From positions 104,906,001-104,970,000 of the forward strand of contig NC_086097.1 of NCBI RefSeq assembly GCF_963921235.1: a DNA stretch of 64,000 nt, written 5' to 3'. The notes below the pieces were generated by a model, which was not told the DNA's origin, searched no databases, and was given only the letters and a program-made list of their open reading frames with translations. Origin of the DNA: Mobula hypostoma. Lineage: Eukaryota. Positions 47,871 through 60,116 of this stretch are shown here, piece after piece (position 1 is the first letter of the stretch; every line of letters begins with the position of its first letter). The translations under genes and the position numbers were made by a program.

Positions 47871-48184
47871 ATAAAATGTAAATTACTTCAATCCAGTCCA
47901 TGCCATGTTCCAAACCGTCCGTTGTTATCTTTCAACTCTGTCTGGGAAATACCATGTCTCAGATGGAAGACAGCACCTCTGATACTTGAGGGTAAAATGA
48001 AATGGATGATTACTGACTGGCTGCTCAGCTCACTTCTGGGGACTGAACAGATTCCATCCTTTCTGCTTTCATCACCCATTAACATCTCTGCCATAAGCAT
48101 TACTGCCACTGTGTCATTCAGAATTTCTGGATCTCCATCCCAACCCTTCTCTGGCATGAGGATAGGGGGCCAATCCTTTAGGCC

Positions 48185-49555
48185 AACATGGGAGCAGAAT
48201 TAGGCCATTTGGCCCCTCGAGTCTGCCCCTCCATTCCACCATAACTGATTTATTATTTCTCTCAGCCCCATTTTCCTGCTTTCTCCCTGTACCTTTGATG
48301 CCCTTATTATTAAGAACCTATCGACTTAAGCTTTAAATATACCCAGTGGCTGGCCTCCATGGCAGTCTGGCAATAAATTCCACAGATTCACCACCCTTTG
48401 GCTAAAGAAATTCCTCCTCATCTCTGTTCTAAAGAGACATCCTATTCTGAGGCTGTACCCTCAGATCCTAGACTCCCCCACTCTAGGCCTTTCAATATTT
48501 GAAAGATTTCAATGAGATCCCCCCTCATTCTTCAAAATCCAGTGAGTATATGTCCAGAGCCATCAAACGTTACTCATAGTTTTCATTCTCAGGATCATTC
48601 TTGTGACCTCCTCTGGACCCTCTCCAATACCAGCACATCTTTCTTAGATAAGGAACCCAAAACTGCTGTCAGTACTCCAAGCATTAAAAACTTGCTTTTA
48701 CATTTCAATTCTCTCAAAATGAATGGTAAAATTGAATTTGCTATCCTTATCACTGACTGAACCAGCAAGTTAACCTTTAGGGAACCTTGCATGAGGACTC
48801 CCAAGTCCCTTTGTATCTCTGATTTCTGAATTTGCTTCCCATTTAAAAAATAATCTACACCTTTATTCCTTCTACCAAAGTGCTTAACCATAAAGTCCCT
48901 ACACTGTATTCTGTTTGCTACTTCTTTGCCCATTCTCCTAAGCTGTCTGAGTTCTTCTGCGCACTCCCTGCTTCCTCAACACTGCCTGCCCTCCATCCAT
49001 ATTTATCTCATCCGCAAACTTCTGCCATCCAAATCATTGAAATATAATGTGAAAAGTGGTCCCAACGCCGACCCCTGCAGAACACTCACTAGTCACTGGC
49101 AGCCAATCAGAAAAGACCTGCTTTAGTCCCACTCTTTGCCTCCTGCCAGTCAGCCAAATCAAACAATGGTTTAGCAGCCTTTTTGTGGCAATTTGTCAAA
49201 GGCCTTCTGAAATTCCAAGTCAACAATTCCACAGGCTCCTTTGCCTATCCTGTCTGTTAATTTATTAAAGAATTCCAAAAGATTTGTCAGGCAAGATTTC
49301 CCCATAAGGAAACCATGCTGAGTTTGGCGTGTTTTATCCTGTCCTCCGAATATGCCAAAACCTCATCCTTAATAATGGACTCCAACGTCTTGCCAACCAC
49401 TGAAATCAGACTAACTGGCCTATATATTCCTTTCTTCTGCCTTCCTCCCTTCTTAATGGAATGACATTTGCAATTTTCCAGTCCTCCTGAACCATTCTAG
49501 AATCTAGTGATTCTTGAAAGATCACTATTAATGCCTCCACAGTTTCTTCAGCTAA
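48185..49555 (-). mobile_element. CR1 LINE RT/3' fragment
   Basis: LEFQKAFDK, YRPVSL and LERVQRR remnants; ORF 48595-48933. Confidence 0.8.
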
Positions 49556-49695
49556 ATGTTTTAAATGCTGTTTCCTCTTTTTTTCTCAGTTCTGAGGAAA
49601 CATTATTGACCTTGTATGCTATTTATAACATCATATGCTATTTGTTTGCTAATATTGATGCTCACTAATCATCTTTTCTTGCTGTTTTGACACAG

Positions 49696-49802
49696 AATCC
49701 AAGTCATTGTCAGTGAGCTCAAAAACTCCATCTGTCAAAGACGGAACCCCAAGGCGATCCCTAAACCTGGAGGACTACAAAAAACGCCGGGGGCTGATTT
49801 GA
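49696..49802 (+). CDS. RTF1: RTF1 final coding exon ([35 protein letters not shown])
   Basis: GACACAG acceptor in phase 1. Ends with the conserved RTF1 C-terminus [16 protein letters not shown] and TGA at 49800-49802. Confidence 0.97.
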
Positions 49803-51265
49803 AGGGTACCATGCTGCTGCTGCAGTTCTTTGCATGTGTCTGTCTGATTGGCAGTGGCTAAGTGCAGCAAGCGGACATTAAAGACTGAGTTTGCCCGTCT
49901 GTCTCAATACAGACATGGTGGCTGTTGTATAAAAAGAAAACAATGCCTGGTGATTTTTTTCCCTTTAGTCAAAATAACTTGAGTGCTGCTTTCTGTCATT
50001 CTTTAGTGCTTGGCTGCAAAGAGATCCCACTCAGTAAACATGCAGTCTTTTTAATCTTAACTGGGATTGAGACATTCATTTGAGGGGACGGTTTGATTTA
50101 TGCATTGAGTGAACTCGCTTTGATGCAAGGCTCTTCCATGAGAACATCTTGTATACAGGAAACACTTTTGTACGGTCTTAATTTGTATGTGTACATGTAG
50201 TTTAAATGGATAACAGAAACAAACATCCATGGCCAAAGTGCAGGCTGGCCACTTCACACCTGTTGGCTACTGAAAACGGTGAAGTAATTTGTTTTCCTCC
50301 TAATTTCAACTGTCAGATTCCCCATCTCTTGGAAAAGCACCCAACTCAAAAGTTGCCTGGAAGTTTTCTTTACAAATTCACCAAGATTCGTCTCATTCAT
50401 TTGATAAAGAAGGTTTTGATCACACATTTGCTGAGGCTCCAATCAGCAGACACTGGGACAACTTTTGGCAAATTGAGAAGATTGGGTTAAACAAGTTCAA
50501 AAAGGAGTGCCCAAAAGTTCAGAGAGGTGTCTTTAAGTACTACTGATCACTCAAGCCCTGTACATGACCTTTTTGTGTAATCATAGCACCTCGAGCATTA
50601 ACCTGGGCTGCTTAAAATTAGAAAGCAGTTTCATTTGTTTTGTTTTGACTTTCAAAGAAAACCAAAAGCAAAAAGTATTTTCCTTTCTTAAAATAAACTT
50701 ATCAGCATCTGAAAGAAACCCCGGAGTGTGTTTTCAAATATCCTGCAGAATTATTATTGCCTTTTGTCCACCATTTCCATCAGCGTTTTCTATGTTTACT
50801 TCCACAGCAAGCTTCATCTTTGTGGTTGAACTCTACAAGCTTGGAGCTATGTTGTTCCATGTTTGTTCAGCCCAAGTGCTAGTTAAAAGGTTGGTTTATG
50901 TAATGTTGGGGGCCATATGAAGATTGCGGTAAACTCTGGTATTCCAGGATGAAACCAGCAAGGCCTACTTTGTACTGCTTTAATTTCAGTTGAGAGTGAA
51001 GCGTGATCGCTTCAATGTTTGCAGGGCAACTGTATTGTGAATGTGCTCCATCAGTTTATCAAACGGCAAAATTTGAAACTGAAAGCAATGTACTCTTGTA
51101 GTACTGTATTCCTGCCACTACATGGTAGTGTTGTAATAAAATGCTAATCCACTATCTGGCTGTTCATTTTAAATGCAGTTTCTACTTTAATGTTCAGTCA
51201 GATTTTAGCATTACTTTATGTTTTTAAAGTGGACATCAAAATAAAAAATTTGCTTCTACTTTATT
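49803..51265 (+). other. RTF1: Probable RTF1 3' UTR
   Basis: AU-rich stretch after the stop codon with no recognisable TE. AATAAA at 50692, 51135 and 51240. Confidence 0.7.
51135..51245 (+). promoter_or_regulatory. Candidate tandem polyadenylation signals
   Basis: AATAAA at 51135-51140 and 51240-51245, each with U-rich downstream sequence. Confidence 0.6.
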
Positions 51266-52079
51266 CATTCTGGGAAGTGAATGTTCGGTCAAATCTGACA
51301 TTCATTAACTATCTCTACAGAATACATGTAGTGCACTACTAAAGGTGCTGGGATCTGTTCCTGTTGCAACTCAGTAGGATAGCTAGACTACTTCAGAAGG
51401 CAGTTAACTTAATGGTGTGGAGTGGAATCATGTAAAAAACATACAAGGTAATGGCAATTAATTTCCTGAAGTTCACTAATTACTTCAGGGAAATTTTCAA
51501 CAATCTGATAGTTTAATGTTAACCTTTATAGAAAGCATTTTCTTAAACTGGAATCTAGAGTTTATTCCTTTAATTTGATGCTAATAATCAAGGTTTCTGG
51601 ATTGCAAGTCTGGCAACAGAATCTCTAACACAATGAGTTTCCAGCAAAACAGTGTTCAACCCTGGTCAGTTAATACTGCTCAGGATCTTCCTCCCAACTT
51701 CCTCAATTCAGCTCATCTGCAGATTTCTTTCTTTCAGTTTTGTGTTTAGCTTTGCCATTAATGCATTGAAGTACTTTCTTTGCCTGAAATATTTGCTTGA
51801 AGTACTCAGATCAAGTTGTTATCAGGCAAAGAGATTTATCTTCAGTTCCTCATTTGATTTTGGTTTTCATCTTGCACAAAATTGAAAACCATTTTCTTTG
51901 CACCTATTGAATTAAACGTAAAACTTTGTATAACTTGTGGTCAATTGGTTATTTTAAATCCAGTTTTACTTTCATGTCAGATTCTTCGACCAGCATTTAA
52001 CAGTAAATCTCTGCAGGGCATGTCGTGTTTTACAAACTTGATTGAGATTTTTGAAGAGGTGGTGGATGTTGTGTACATA

Positions 52080-53656
52080 TAGTTGCAAGAAAAAGTTTGT
52101 GACCCTTTGCAGTTGCTTTTTTTTAGTGCATTAATTACTGATAAAATGTGGTCTAGCCTTCATCCAAGTCACAATAATAGACAAACACAACCTGTCTGAA
52201 CTAATAATAGATGAACAATTGTACCTTTCATGTCTTTATTGAACACATTGTTTAATCATTCACAGTGCAGGCTGGAAAAAGTATGTGAGCCCTTGTATTT
52301 AATAACTGGTAGGACCTTCTTTAGCAGCAATAACCTCTGCCAAACCTTTCCTGTAGCTGCTGATCATAAAACATAGGAGCAGAATTAGGCTGTTCGGCCC
52401 ATCAAGTCTGTTCTGCCTTTCCATCATACATGTGCCTTCTCGCCATAATCTTTGACGCCCTGACCAATCAGAAAACTATCAATTTTTGCTTTAAATATAC
52501 CCACAGTTTTAGCCTCCCCAATTGTCTATGGCAGGGCATTCCCTATTCTCTGGCTAAAAAACTTCCTCCTTACCCCTGTTCTAAAGACTCGCACAATGTC
52601 AGGATAGGAATTTTAGACCATTCCTCTATACAAAACTTTCAGTTCATCAATATTTCTGGGATACCTTGCATGAACAACCCTCTTCAGATCATACCACAAC
52701 ATCTCAATTGGGTTAAGGTCAGTGCTCTGACTTGGCCATTCCAAAACACAAATTTTCTTCTTTTTAAACCATTCTGTTGTTGATTTACTTTTGTGTTTCA
52801 AATCATAGTCTTCTATTGTCATCCAACTTCTATTAAGCTTCAAGTGACGGACTGCTACCTTGATATTCTCCTGTAAAATGTCTTGAAACAATTTTGAATT
52901 CATTGTTCCCTCAACAATTGCCGCTCTCCAAGCCCTGAGACTGCAAAGCAGCCCCATACCATGATGCTCCTTCCATCATGCTTAACAGTTGGGATGAGGT
53001 TTTGGTGTTGGTGTGCAGTACCCTTTTTCCTTCAAGCATAGCAATGTGCATTTCTACCAAAAAGTTCAAGTTTTGTCTCGTCTATCCACATAACATTGTC
53101 CCAGAAGTGTTGTGGACATTCAGGTGGTCTTTAGCAAACTTGAGATGGGCAGCAATTTTTTTTTAGGAGAGCAGTGGTTTCCTCTGTGGTGTCCTTCCAA
53201 TATCAGTGTTTTGTTTTTCTTATAGTGGACACACGAACAGAGCAGGTTCTTGAGATTTCTGCAGGTCTTTGCTGATACCCTTGGGTTCATTTTCACCTCC
53301 TTCAGCATTCATTGATTGAAACACCTGACTCTAAATAGATTTTGTAGAAGGCATTACCCCAGAGGTTCACATACTTCTTTGAACACTTGAATGGAGGAAT
53401 GTGGGTTATATGCAGGCAGATCAAAAGTAGTTTAATGTGGCATAGATACTGTAGGTCAAAGGGCCTATTCCTGTGTTGTACTGTTCTATGATTGTTTAAT
53501 TGATGTACTCAGAATCGATGAGAAGTACAATTGCTTGTGTTATTAGTTTAAGCAGATTGTGTTTGTCTATTATTGTGAAGATCAGACCACATTTTATGAG
53601 TAATTAATGCAAAAAAAATGGTAATTACAAAGGGTTCACCAACTTTCTTGCAACTG
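52080..53656 (-). mobile_element. Tc1-family DNA transposon (IR/DR type), defective
   Basis: ~200-bp TIRs (AGTTGCAAGAAAAAGTTTGTGACCCTTTG / CAAAGGGTTCACCAACTTTCTTGCAACTG) flanked by TA. Inner direct repeat AAAAAGTATGTGAGCC. ORF 52613-52957 has WPSQSTDLNPIEMLW. CR1-derived inserts at ~52367-52585 and 53383-53490. Confidence 0.9.
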
Positions 53657-54486
53657 TAGTTTTTAGTACAGCATTTGATAAAGTCCCTCATGAAAGACTG
53701 ATCTAAAAAGGTAGAACATGTTGGATCTACAGTGACTCGATGATTTAGATTTAGAATTTAGAATTGGCTTGTCTATAGCAGACAACATTGTGGTGGAAGG
53801 GTATTATTCTGGCCAAAGGTCCATCATAGTGGTGTTCAGCAGGGGTCATCGCTAGGATGACTGTTGTTAATTGAATTGAATTGACTTTATTTCTTGCATC
53901 CTTCACATATATGAAGAGTAAAAATCTTTACATTACATCTCCGTCAAATGTGCAATGTGCAAACATAGTAATTAATAAATAGAACAGTTGTACATAAATT
54001 GATTGGTTAAACTATAGATGGGTGGGTTAGTTAGTTTGCACATAACTCAAAAGATTGAAGTTGTGAACAGTCTAGATGGATGCCAAAGGATACAGCAGAT
54101 CATTTAAAAATATGGGTGAAGAAGTGAAGTTTAATCTGAGCTAGTGTCAGGTGTTGCACTTTGGGATATCTAATGTAAGGGGAAAGTACACAGTTTGAAG
54201 CAGGACCCTTAACAGCAATGTACAGAGGGATCTTGGGTCCAAGCCAAAGGGTGATTAAAAGTGGTTATGCAAGTAGATACTTATAAGACTGAGTAGCATA
54301 AGATCAGCAGAATTTATTTTCCCAGGATAGAAGTGTCAAGTGCAACAGCATGCATTTAAGGTGAAAGAGAAAGCTTTTTAAAAGGAGGCATACCTCATTG
54401 ATCAGGACATTGAATATAACTCAGGAAGTTATGTGGCAGCTATATAAAAGATGCTTAGGCCACACTTGGAGGATTGTGGAGCCTCA

Positions 54487-54755
54487 GCGGCATAGTGGTT
54501 AGTAAAACACTATTACAGCTTGGGACATTTCAGGAGTTCGGAGTTCAACTCCAGTGCCATCTGTGAGGAATCAGTATGTCCTTACTGTGGTATGCGTGGG
54601 CTTACTTCAGGTGCTCTGGTTTCCTCCCACTGTCCAAAGACATACCATGTAGGTTAATTGGTCATTGTAAACTGTCCCGTGATCAGCTTGGGGTTAATCG
54701 GGGTTGCTAGGGTGGCATGGCTCGAAGGGCCCATTCCGCACTGCGTCACTACAGA
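54487..54755 (+). mobile_element. V-SINE (tRNA-derived head and V domain)
   Basis: A box TAGTGGTTAG, B box GAGTTCAACTCC, V-domain core GGTGCTCTGGTTTCCTCCCACTGTCCAAAGAC...GGTTAATTGGTCATTGTAAACTGTCCC. Confidence 0.8.
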
Positions 54756-54917
54756 TAATTCTGGTGCCCCATTAAAGGAAAGATGTGGAAGCTTTTGAAA
54801 CATGCAAGGAGCTTACCAGGATGCTGTGTGGGTTACAGTTTAAACTAGAAGGAAAGATTGGGTTGTTTCTCTGGAGAGTTGGAAGTTAAGGGTAGATTTT
54901 ATAGATGTTTATAAGCT

Positions 54918-56710
54918 TTTACAGGTATATTAAGAGCAAAAGGATTGTAAGGGATAAAATTGGTCCTCTTGAGTGGTCCTCCAATGTGCGGAACCAAAGG
55001 AAACGGGGGAGATCTTAAATAGGTTTTTTGTGTCTGTATTTACTAAGGAAACTGGCATGAAGTCTATGGAATTAGGGGAAACAAGTAGTGAGATCATGGA
55101 AACTGTACAGATCGAAAAGGAGGAGGTGCTTGCTGTCTTGAGGAAAATTAAAGTGGATAAATCCCCAGGACCTGACAGGGTATTCCCTTGGACCTTGAAG
55201 GAGACTGGTGTTGAAATTGCAGGGGCCCTGGCAGATGTATTTAAAATGTCGCTGTCTACAGGTGAAGTGCCGGAGGATTGGAGAGTGGCTCATGTTGTTC
55301 CGTTGTTTAAAAAAGGATCGAAAAGTAATCTGGGAAATTATAGGCTGGTAAGTTTAACGTCGGTAGTAGGTAAGTTATTGGAGGGAGTACTAAGAGACAG
55401 AATCTACAAGCATTTGGATAGACAGGGACTTATTAGGGAGAGTCAACATGGCTTTGTGCATGGCAGGTCATGTTTGACCAATCTATTGGAGTTTTTCGAG
55501 GAGGTTACCAGGAAAGTGGATGAAGGGAAGGCAGTGGATATTGTCTACATGGACTTCAGTAAGGCCTTTGACAAGGTCCCGCATGGGAGGTTAGTTAGGA
55601 AAATTCAGTCGCTAGGTAAACATGGAGAGGTGGTAAATTGGATCAGACATTGGCTCAATGGAAGAAGCCAAAGAGTGGTAGTAGAGAATTGCATCTCCGA
55701 GTGGAGGCCTGTGACTAGTGGTGTGCCACAGGGATCAGTGCTGGGTCCATTGTTATTTGTCATCTATATCAATGATCTGGATGATAATGTGGTAAATTGG
55801 ATCAGCAAATTTGCTGATGATACAAAGATTGGAGGTGTAGTAGACAGCGAGGAAGGTTTTCAGAGCCTGCAGAGGGACTTGGACCAGCTGGAAAAATGGG
55901 CTGAAAAATCGCAGATGGAATTTAATGCAGACAAGTGTGAGGTATTGCACGTTGGAAGGACAAACCAAGGTAGAACATACAGGGTTCATGGTAAGGCACT
56001 GAGGAGTGCAGTGGAACACAGGGATCTGGGAATACAGATACAAAATTCCCTAAAAGTGGCGTCACAGGTAGATAGGGTCGTAAAGAGAGCTTTTGGTACA
56101 TTGGCCTTTATTAATCGAAGTATTGAGTATAAGGGCTGGAATGTTATGATGAGATTGCATAAGGCATTGGTGAGGCCGAATCTGGAGTATTGTGTTCAGT
56201 TTTGGTCACCAAATTACAGGAAGGATATAAATAAGGTTGAAAGAGTGCAGAGAAGGTTTACAAGGTTGTTGCCGGGACTTGAGAAACTCAGTTACAGAGA
56301 AAGGTTGAATAGGTTAGAACATGGGATCTTTATTCCCTGGAGCGTAGAAGAATGAGGGGAGATTTGATAGAGGTATATAAAATTATGATGGGTATAGACA
56401 GAGTGAATGCAAGCAGGCTTTTTCCACTGAGGCAAGGGGAGAAAAAAACCAGAGGACATGCGTTAAGGGTGAGGGGGGAAAAGTTTAAAGCGAACATTAG
56501 GGGGGGCTTCTTCACACAGAGAGTGGTGGGAGTATGGAATGAGCTGCCAGACGAGGTGGTAAATGCGGGTTCTTTTTTAACATTAAAGAATAAATTGGAC
56601 AGATACATGGATGGGAGGTGTATGGAGGGATATGGTCCGTGTGCAGGTCAGTGGGACTAGGCAGAAAATGGTTCGGCACAGCCAAGAAGGGCCAAAAGGC
56701 CTGTTTCTCT
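54918..56710 (+). mobile_element. Relatively young 5'-truncated CR1 LINE with an open 460-aa RT ORF
   Basis: ORF 54973-56355 contains the full RT (QHGF, YMDFSKAFDKVPH, GVPQGSVLGP, KFADDTK). C-terminus in ORF 56352-56660. Confidence 0.92.
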
Positions 56711-56764
56711 GGTGACCTTGAGATCACTAGATGAACGCCTTAACCACTTGGCCACGTGCCCAAC
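56711..56764 (-). mobile_element. tRNA-like SINE head fragment
   Basis: The minus strand reads GGGCACGTGGCCAAGTGGTTAAGGCGTTC (A box TGGCCAAGTGG) and is truncated before the B box. Confidence 0.55.
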
Positions 56765-57395
56765 AATAAGATAAGATGGTTCTTAAGAGATTGTACACTT
56801 GAATGGAGGAATGTGGGTTATGTGCAGGCAGATCAAAAGTAGTTCAATGTGGCATAGATACTGTCGGTCAAAGGGCCTATTCCTGTGTTGTACTGTTCTA
56901 TGTTCTAATTTTAAGGGGTCTCAGTCATACATTTTTAAACCAATTTTTTTTCTTTTTTCTTGCAGCAATATTCAAGATGGAGAACTTTTATACCCATGAT
57001 AACACATGGGCTAGTTTCGTATGTATAGAAAAAGAAATCCCAATTATAGGACAATGTATCTCACAAACCTTCAGGAATAAAGACAGACAAGTTGCCAGGA
57101 TCTTGTGGCTTGGACATGAGGATTTTAAAGAGTGGCTGCAGAAGTAGTAGACCAATTGGTTCATCTACCCGCCCCCCCCCCGCCCAAAGCTCACTAAATT
57201 CCAAGAGTACCAATGTGACCCCCTTATTCAAAAAAGAGGGAAGATAGAAGGCAGAGCCCTATCTATTGTTTACTGGGGAGCTAGAGTCAGTACTGTTTTA
57301 GAAAAGCTGAATATAATTAAACCAAATCAATGTGGTTTTATGAAAGGTAAATGCATAATCACAAAAGGTAAACAGGTACAATCAAAGAAGGCAAA

Positions 57396-57529
57396 CAACA
57401 AATGCTGGAAATCCAAACAACACACACAAAATGCTGGAGGAACTCAGCAGGCCAGGCAGCATCTATGGAACAGAGTACAGTTGACCTGCTGAAGGGTCTC
57501 AGCCTGAAATGTCGATTGTACTTTTTATC
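57396..57529. mobile_element. Penelope-derived mini element with hammerhead-like motif
   Basis: CTGCTGA-AGGGTCTCAGCCT-GAAA-TGTC at 57486-57513, lying between inverted AGTACAGTTGAC and GTCGATTGTACT. Candidate TSD AAGGCAAA (57388-95 and 57530-37). Confidence 0.7.
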
Positions 57530-57779
57530 AAGGCAAATATGTTTGATTTTATTGCAAAGTGTTTGGAGTTTAAAAATATGGATTTTACAATTGTGCTGGT
57601 GATGCCACACCAGGAGAACTCAGCATTGTTTTAGCTTCCTGGTTGATCCCTGGGATGAAAGGGTTGCTCTACTAGGAGAGGCATGCTTTTGAATTGTCTA
57701 AATTCCCTAACAATCTTGCAATCTGATGTGCCTAAAGGACTCTGCAAACTTGACACGGGAATACTGTTATGAATTATGG

Positions 57780-57975
57780 CACCTGGAAGGAATTGGATGT
57801 CTACCTTCATAGGAAAAGAGGGTGCATCCCAGACCACTGCTCCCTAGCATTTTTCTAGCCAATGTACAGTAATTGGAGAGCAAGATAGAGCACCTAAGGA
57901 TAAGATTGCTATATCAGAGGAAAATGAGATTGCCGTGTTCTGTTTCACCAAGACATGGCTCGCCCCTCCCTCCCC
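57780..57975 (+). mobile_element. Rex1-like LINE N-terminal fragment
   Basis: RKRG...LLPSIFLANVQ*LESKIEHLRIRLLYQRKMR, the same motif as at ~9850. Confidence 0.6.
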
Positions 57976-59870
57976 CACACACACTTGTAGGAATAGTTTC
58001 CACCATCATGAAAACTTGTCCATTATTACCAGTACATGTGAGTATCCTTGACACTTTGGTAAAGAAATGTAGTCCACTTGGCAGTGTTAAAACGGACCAG
58101 GTGGGGTAAATGCCCCTAATTGTGATAACTTTTCCGTCGTTCCAGCATTCATTTTCTGCCATGTCATTTATCTTTTAAATGTTTGTTGAACTTGTGCCCT
58201 GAATATTTGGGAGAATCTGTCAGTCGTCTTTTGTACTCCAGTGTGTCCTAGAGTGTATTTGCTGTGCCAGATAAGGAAGCAGCATAGTTGGGGCTACCAG
58301 TCTATGACTAACTATTACCATATCTCCATACTTCATCACTGTTTAACTTTGGAGAGCATTGAGCTTGCAACTCACGAAAATCTTGTATGTTCATCTATTA
58401 TTTCCATAATTCCAGATGTTAAGTTACTCCTTCCCATGCTGCCTTTCGCGATTTCATCCACAAATTCACTGCTTTCAGTGTAGTCTTTTTGAAGTGCTTT
58501 TTACATTTTAATATGACAACTTCTGACAGCTGTTGTATAACATCCATAAGTTCTTTTACAGTCAATTTGTGGGGTTCCTATAGCCATAAGGGTCTTTTAT
58601 GAGCCTCTTAGGTAGGTGCATGGAGCTTAGAAAAATAGAGGGTTATGCGCCAAGGAAATTCGAGGCAGTTTCTGGAGTAGGTTACATAGTCAGCACAACA
58701 TTGTGGGCTGAAGGGCCTGTAATGTGCCTGTCCCTGCCCTCTGTCCTCATATCTTTCCAAAATCATAAACTCCAAAACCACACCCAGAATCAGTGTAGAT
58801 TTTTGTACTGCCTGTTGTGCAGAGGTACCAGGAGCCCTGCTTCCTGTTGCCAGTACTTCAGTTTTAGAAACAACTGCACATCCCACCAATTGAATTTCTC
58901 GATCATTGAGGAGCCATTGGTGTACACAATAAAGGTGTTTCTTTGTAATAATTTGCCTCTTCATGGCATGTTATTATTCTTGCACAATGAGGTCATCATA
59001 GTCTTCCATGTCCAATGGTAACAATGTAGCTGGATTCACTCATTGAATGATAATATTAGGTGCCTTAAGAACAGTAGACCACTTGGACCAACGAGCAGCT
59101 GTTTCTTGGAAGGCCCTGTTTGTAATCGAACTTTTAAAATTTGATTGAGCACCATGCTAGAAACAGCCATGGTTGCCAGATAGGTTACCAGGACCGCTTG
59201 CAAACAAGGACCCCATCCTAATGCTACATTATCTAATTTAACAGAGTAATACCAACAGGATACTGTCAGTCTCCATGTTCTTGAGTTAAAGACTGCTATC
59301 ATGTAGCCATGTTTCCAGTTGACATGGAGAGTAAATGGTCTTCCCATATCTGGAATTCCTTATGTAGGTGCAGTACACAATGTTGCCTTTAAAGTTTGAA
59401 AAGCTTGCAATGTTCTGCTTTGAGTCAGTCATCTGAGCACTTCAGAGTTTTGAGCAGTTTTAGCATGTGAATTGTCCCATGTTCTGTTGTAGTTCCACAA
59501 ACCCAGAAATGACCGAAGCTGCTGAACTGTTACTGCCTCGGTGACTTCCTGTTCACCTTGGGCAATTTTCTGTCCCAAGTAAATTACTTCCTGTTGCAGT
59601 TGTGCCTTTAATCATCTGCAGTTAATCAGTGGCTGGTATGTCTTTTGTGCTGTCTCATGGCCAGTGGGACTGCTATGGAGCCTCGCCCACTGGTATTTGA
59701 CCATCAACTGTAAAAGCCATAAAATGGTTGACATTCAAGTGCCAGGGATATGGAGTAGAATCCGTTGGCCATATCAATAACTGTAAACCACTTGTATGAT
59801 GGAATCAAGGCATTAAAAATAGTTGATGGATCTGCCACTAAAGGGGTTGGCTTGTCAATTCATTGATTAA
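57975..59870 (-). pseudogene. Endogenous retrovirus pol remnant (RT, connection, RNase H, integrase)
   Basis: Hand translation across frameshifts. RT: PLVADPSTIFNALIPSYKWFTVIDMANGFYSI, AFTVDGQ, YQWARL, VIYLGQKI, TVQQLRSFLGL. Connection: AFQTLKATLCTAPT*GIPD, YYSVKLDNVALGWGPCLQAV. RNase H: YTNGSS, GTSAQQA, IYTDS, DFGKI, VVILKCKKH. Integrase: LPYLAQQIHS, GHTGVQKT, PPGPF*HCQVDYISLPKCQGYSHVLVIMDKFS. A CR1 tail is inserted at ~58595-58727. Confidence 0.85.
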
Positions 59871-60116
59871 CCAATGGTTTCATCTTCAGTCTTGTGTATT
59901 TTCGCTCCTTTGGTCTTTATTGGAGTATAGCTGTCAATCTTCTGTTTCATCACTGTCATCCTCACTGGAGTCACTAGGGACCACTGCAGAGTCAATCTCA
60001 TGTCCTTCCTGTAATTCTTCAGAGCTCAGATGATGTTGTATCAGGAGAATGTCCAACATAAACTGTAATTCGGATTGTCGCTGTCTCAGAGGACTGTCCA
60101 ATGTAGGCTGTAATTC

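Larger units (their letters stand above)
52010..54915 (+). mobile_element. Old CR1 RT fragment hosting Tc1, LINE-tail and SINE insertions
   Basis: GMSCFTNLIEIFEEV..DVVYI is split at 52079 and resumes with AFDKVPH at ~53670. Confidence 0.7.

Noticed and set aside
961..53890. Short tandem arrays (TAGTCA, TAGAT, TAC, TTGAA) as CRISPR-like or satellite structures
   Set aside because: Each marks the 3' end of a LINE or retroposon, most of them beside a - strand AATAAA. There are no spacers and the context is eukaryotic.
54973..56355. 460-aa RT ORF as a domesticated gene
   Set aside because: An ordinary 5'-truncated CR1 ORF2 with a C-terminal frameshift and a CR1 tail. The open frame reflects young age.
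56711..56764. tRNA gene
   Set aside because: Only the A-box half is present, with no T arm or acceptor-stem closure. Treated as a SINE head.
57631..57837. 68-aa ORF (…EQPFHPRDQPGS) as the ERV integrase C-terminus
   Set aside because: The resemblance is weak, and the segment overlaps a + strand Rex1-like fragment and CR1-like sequence.
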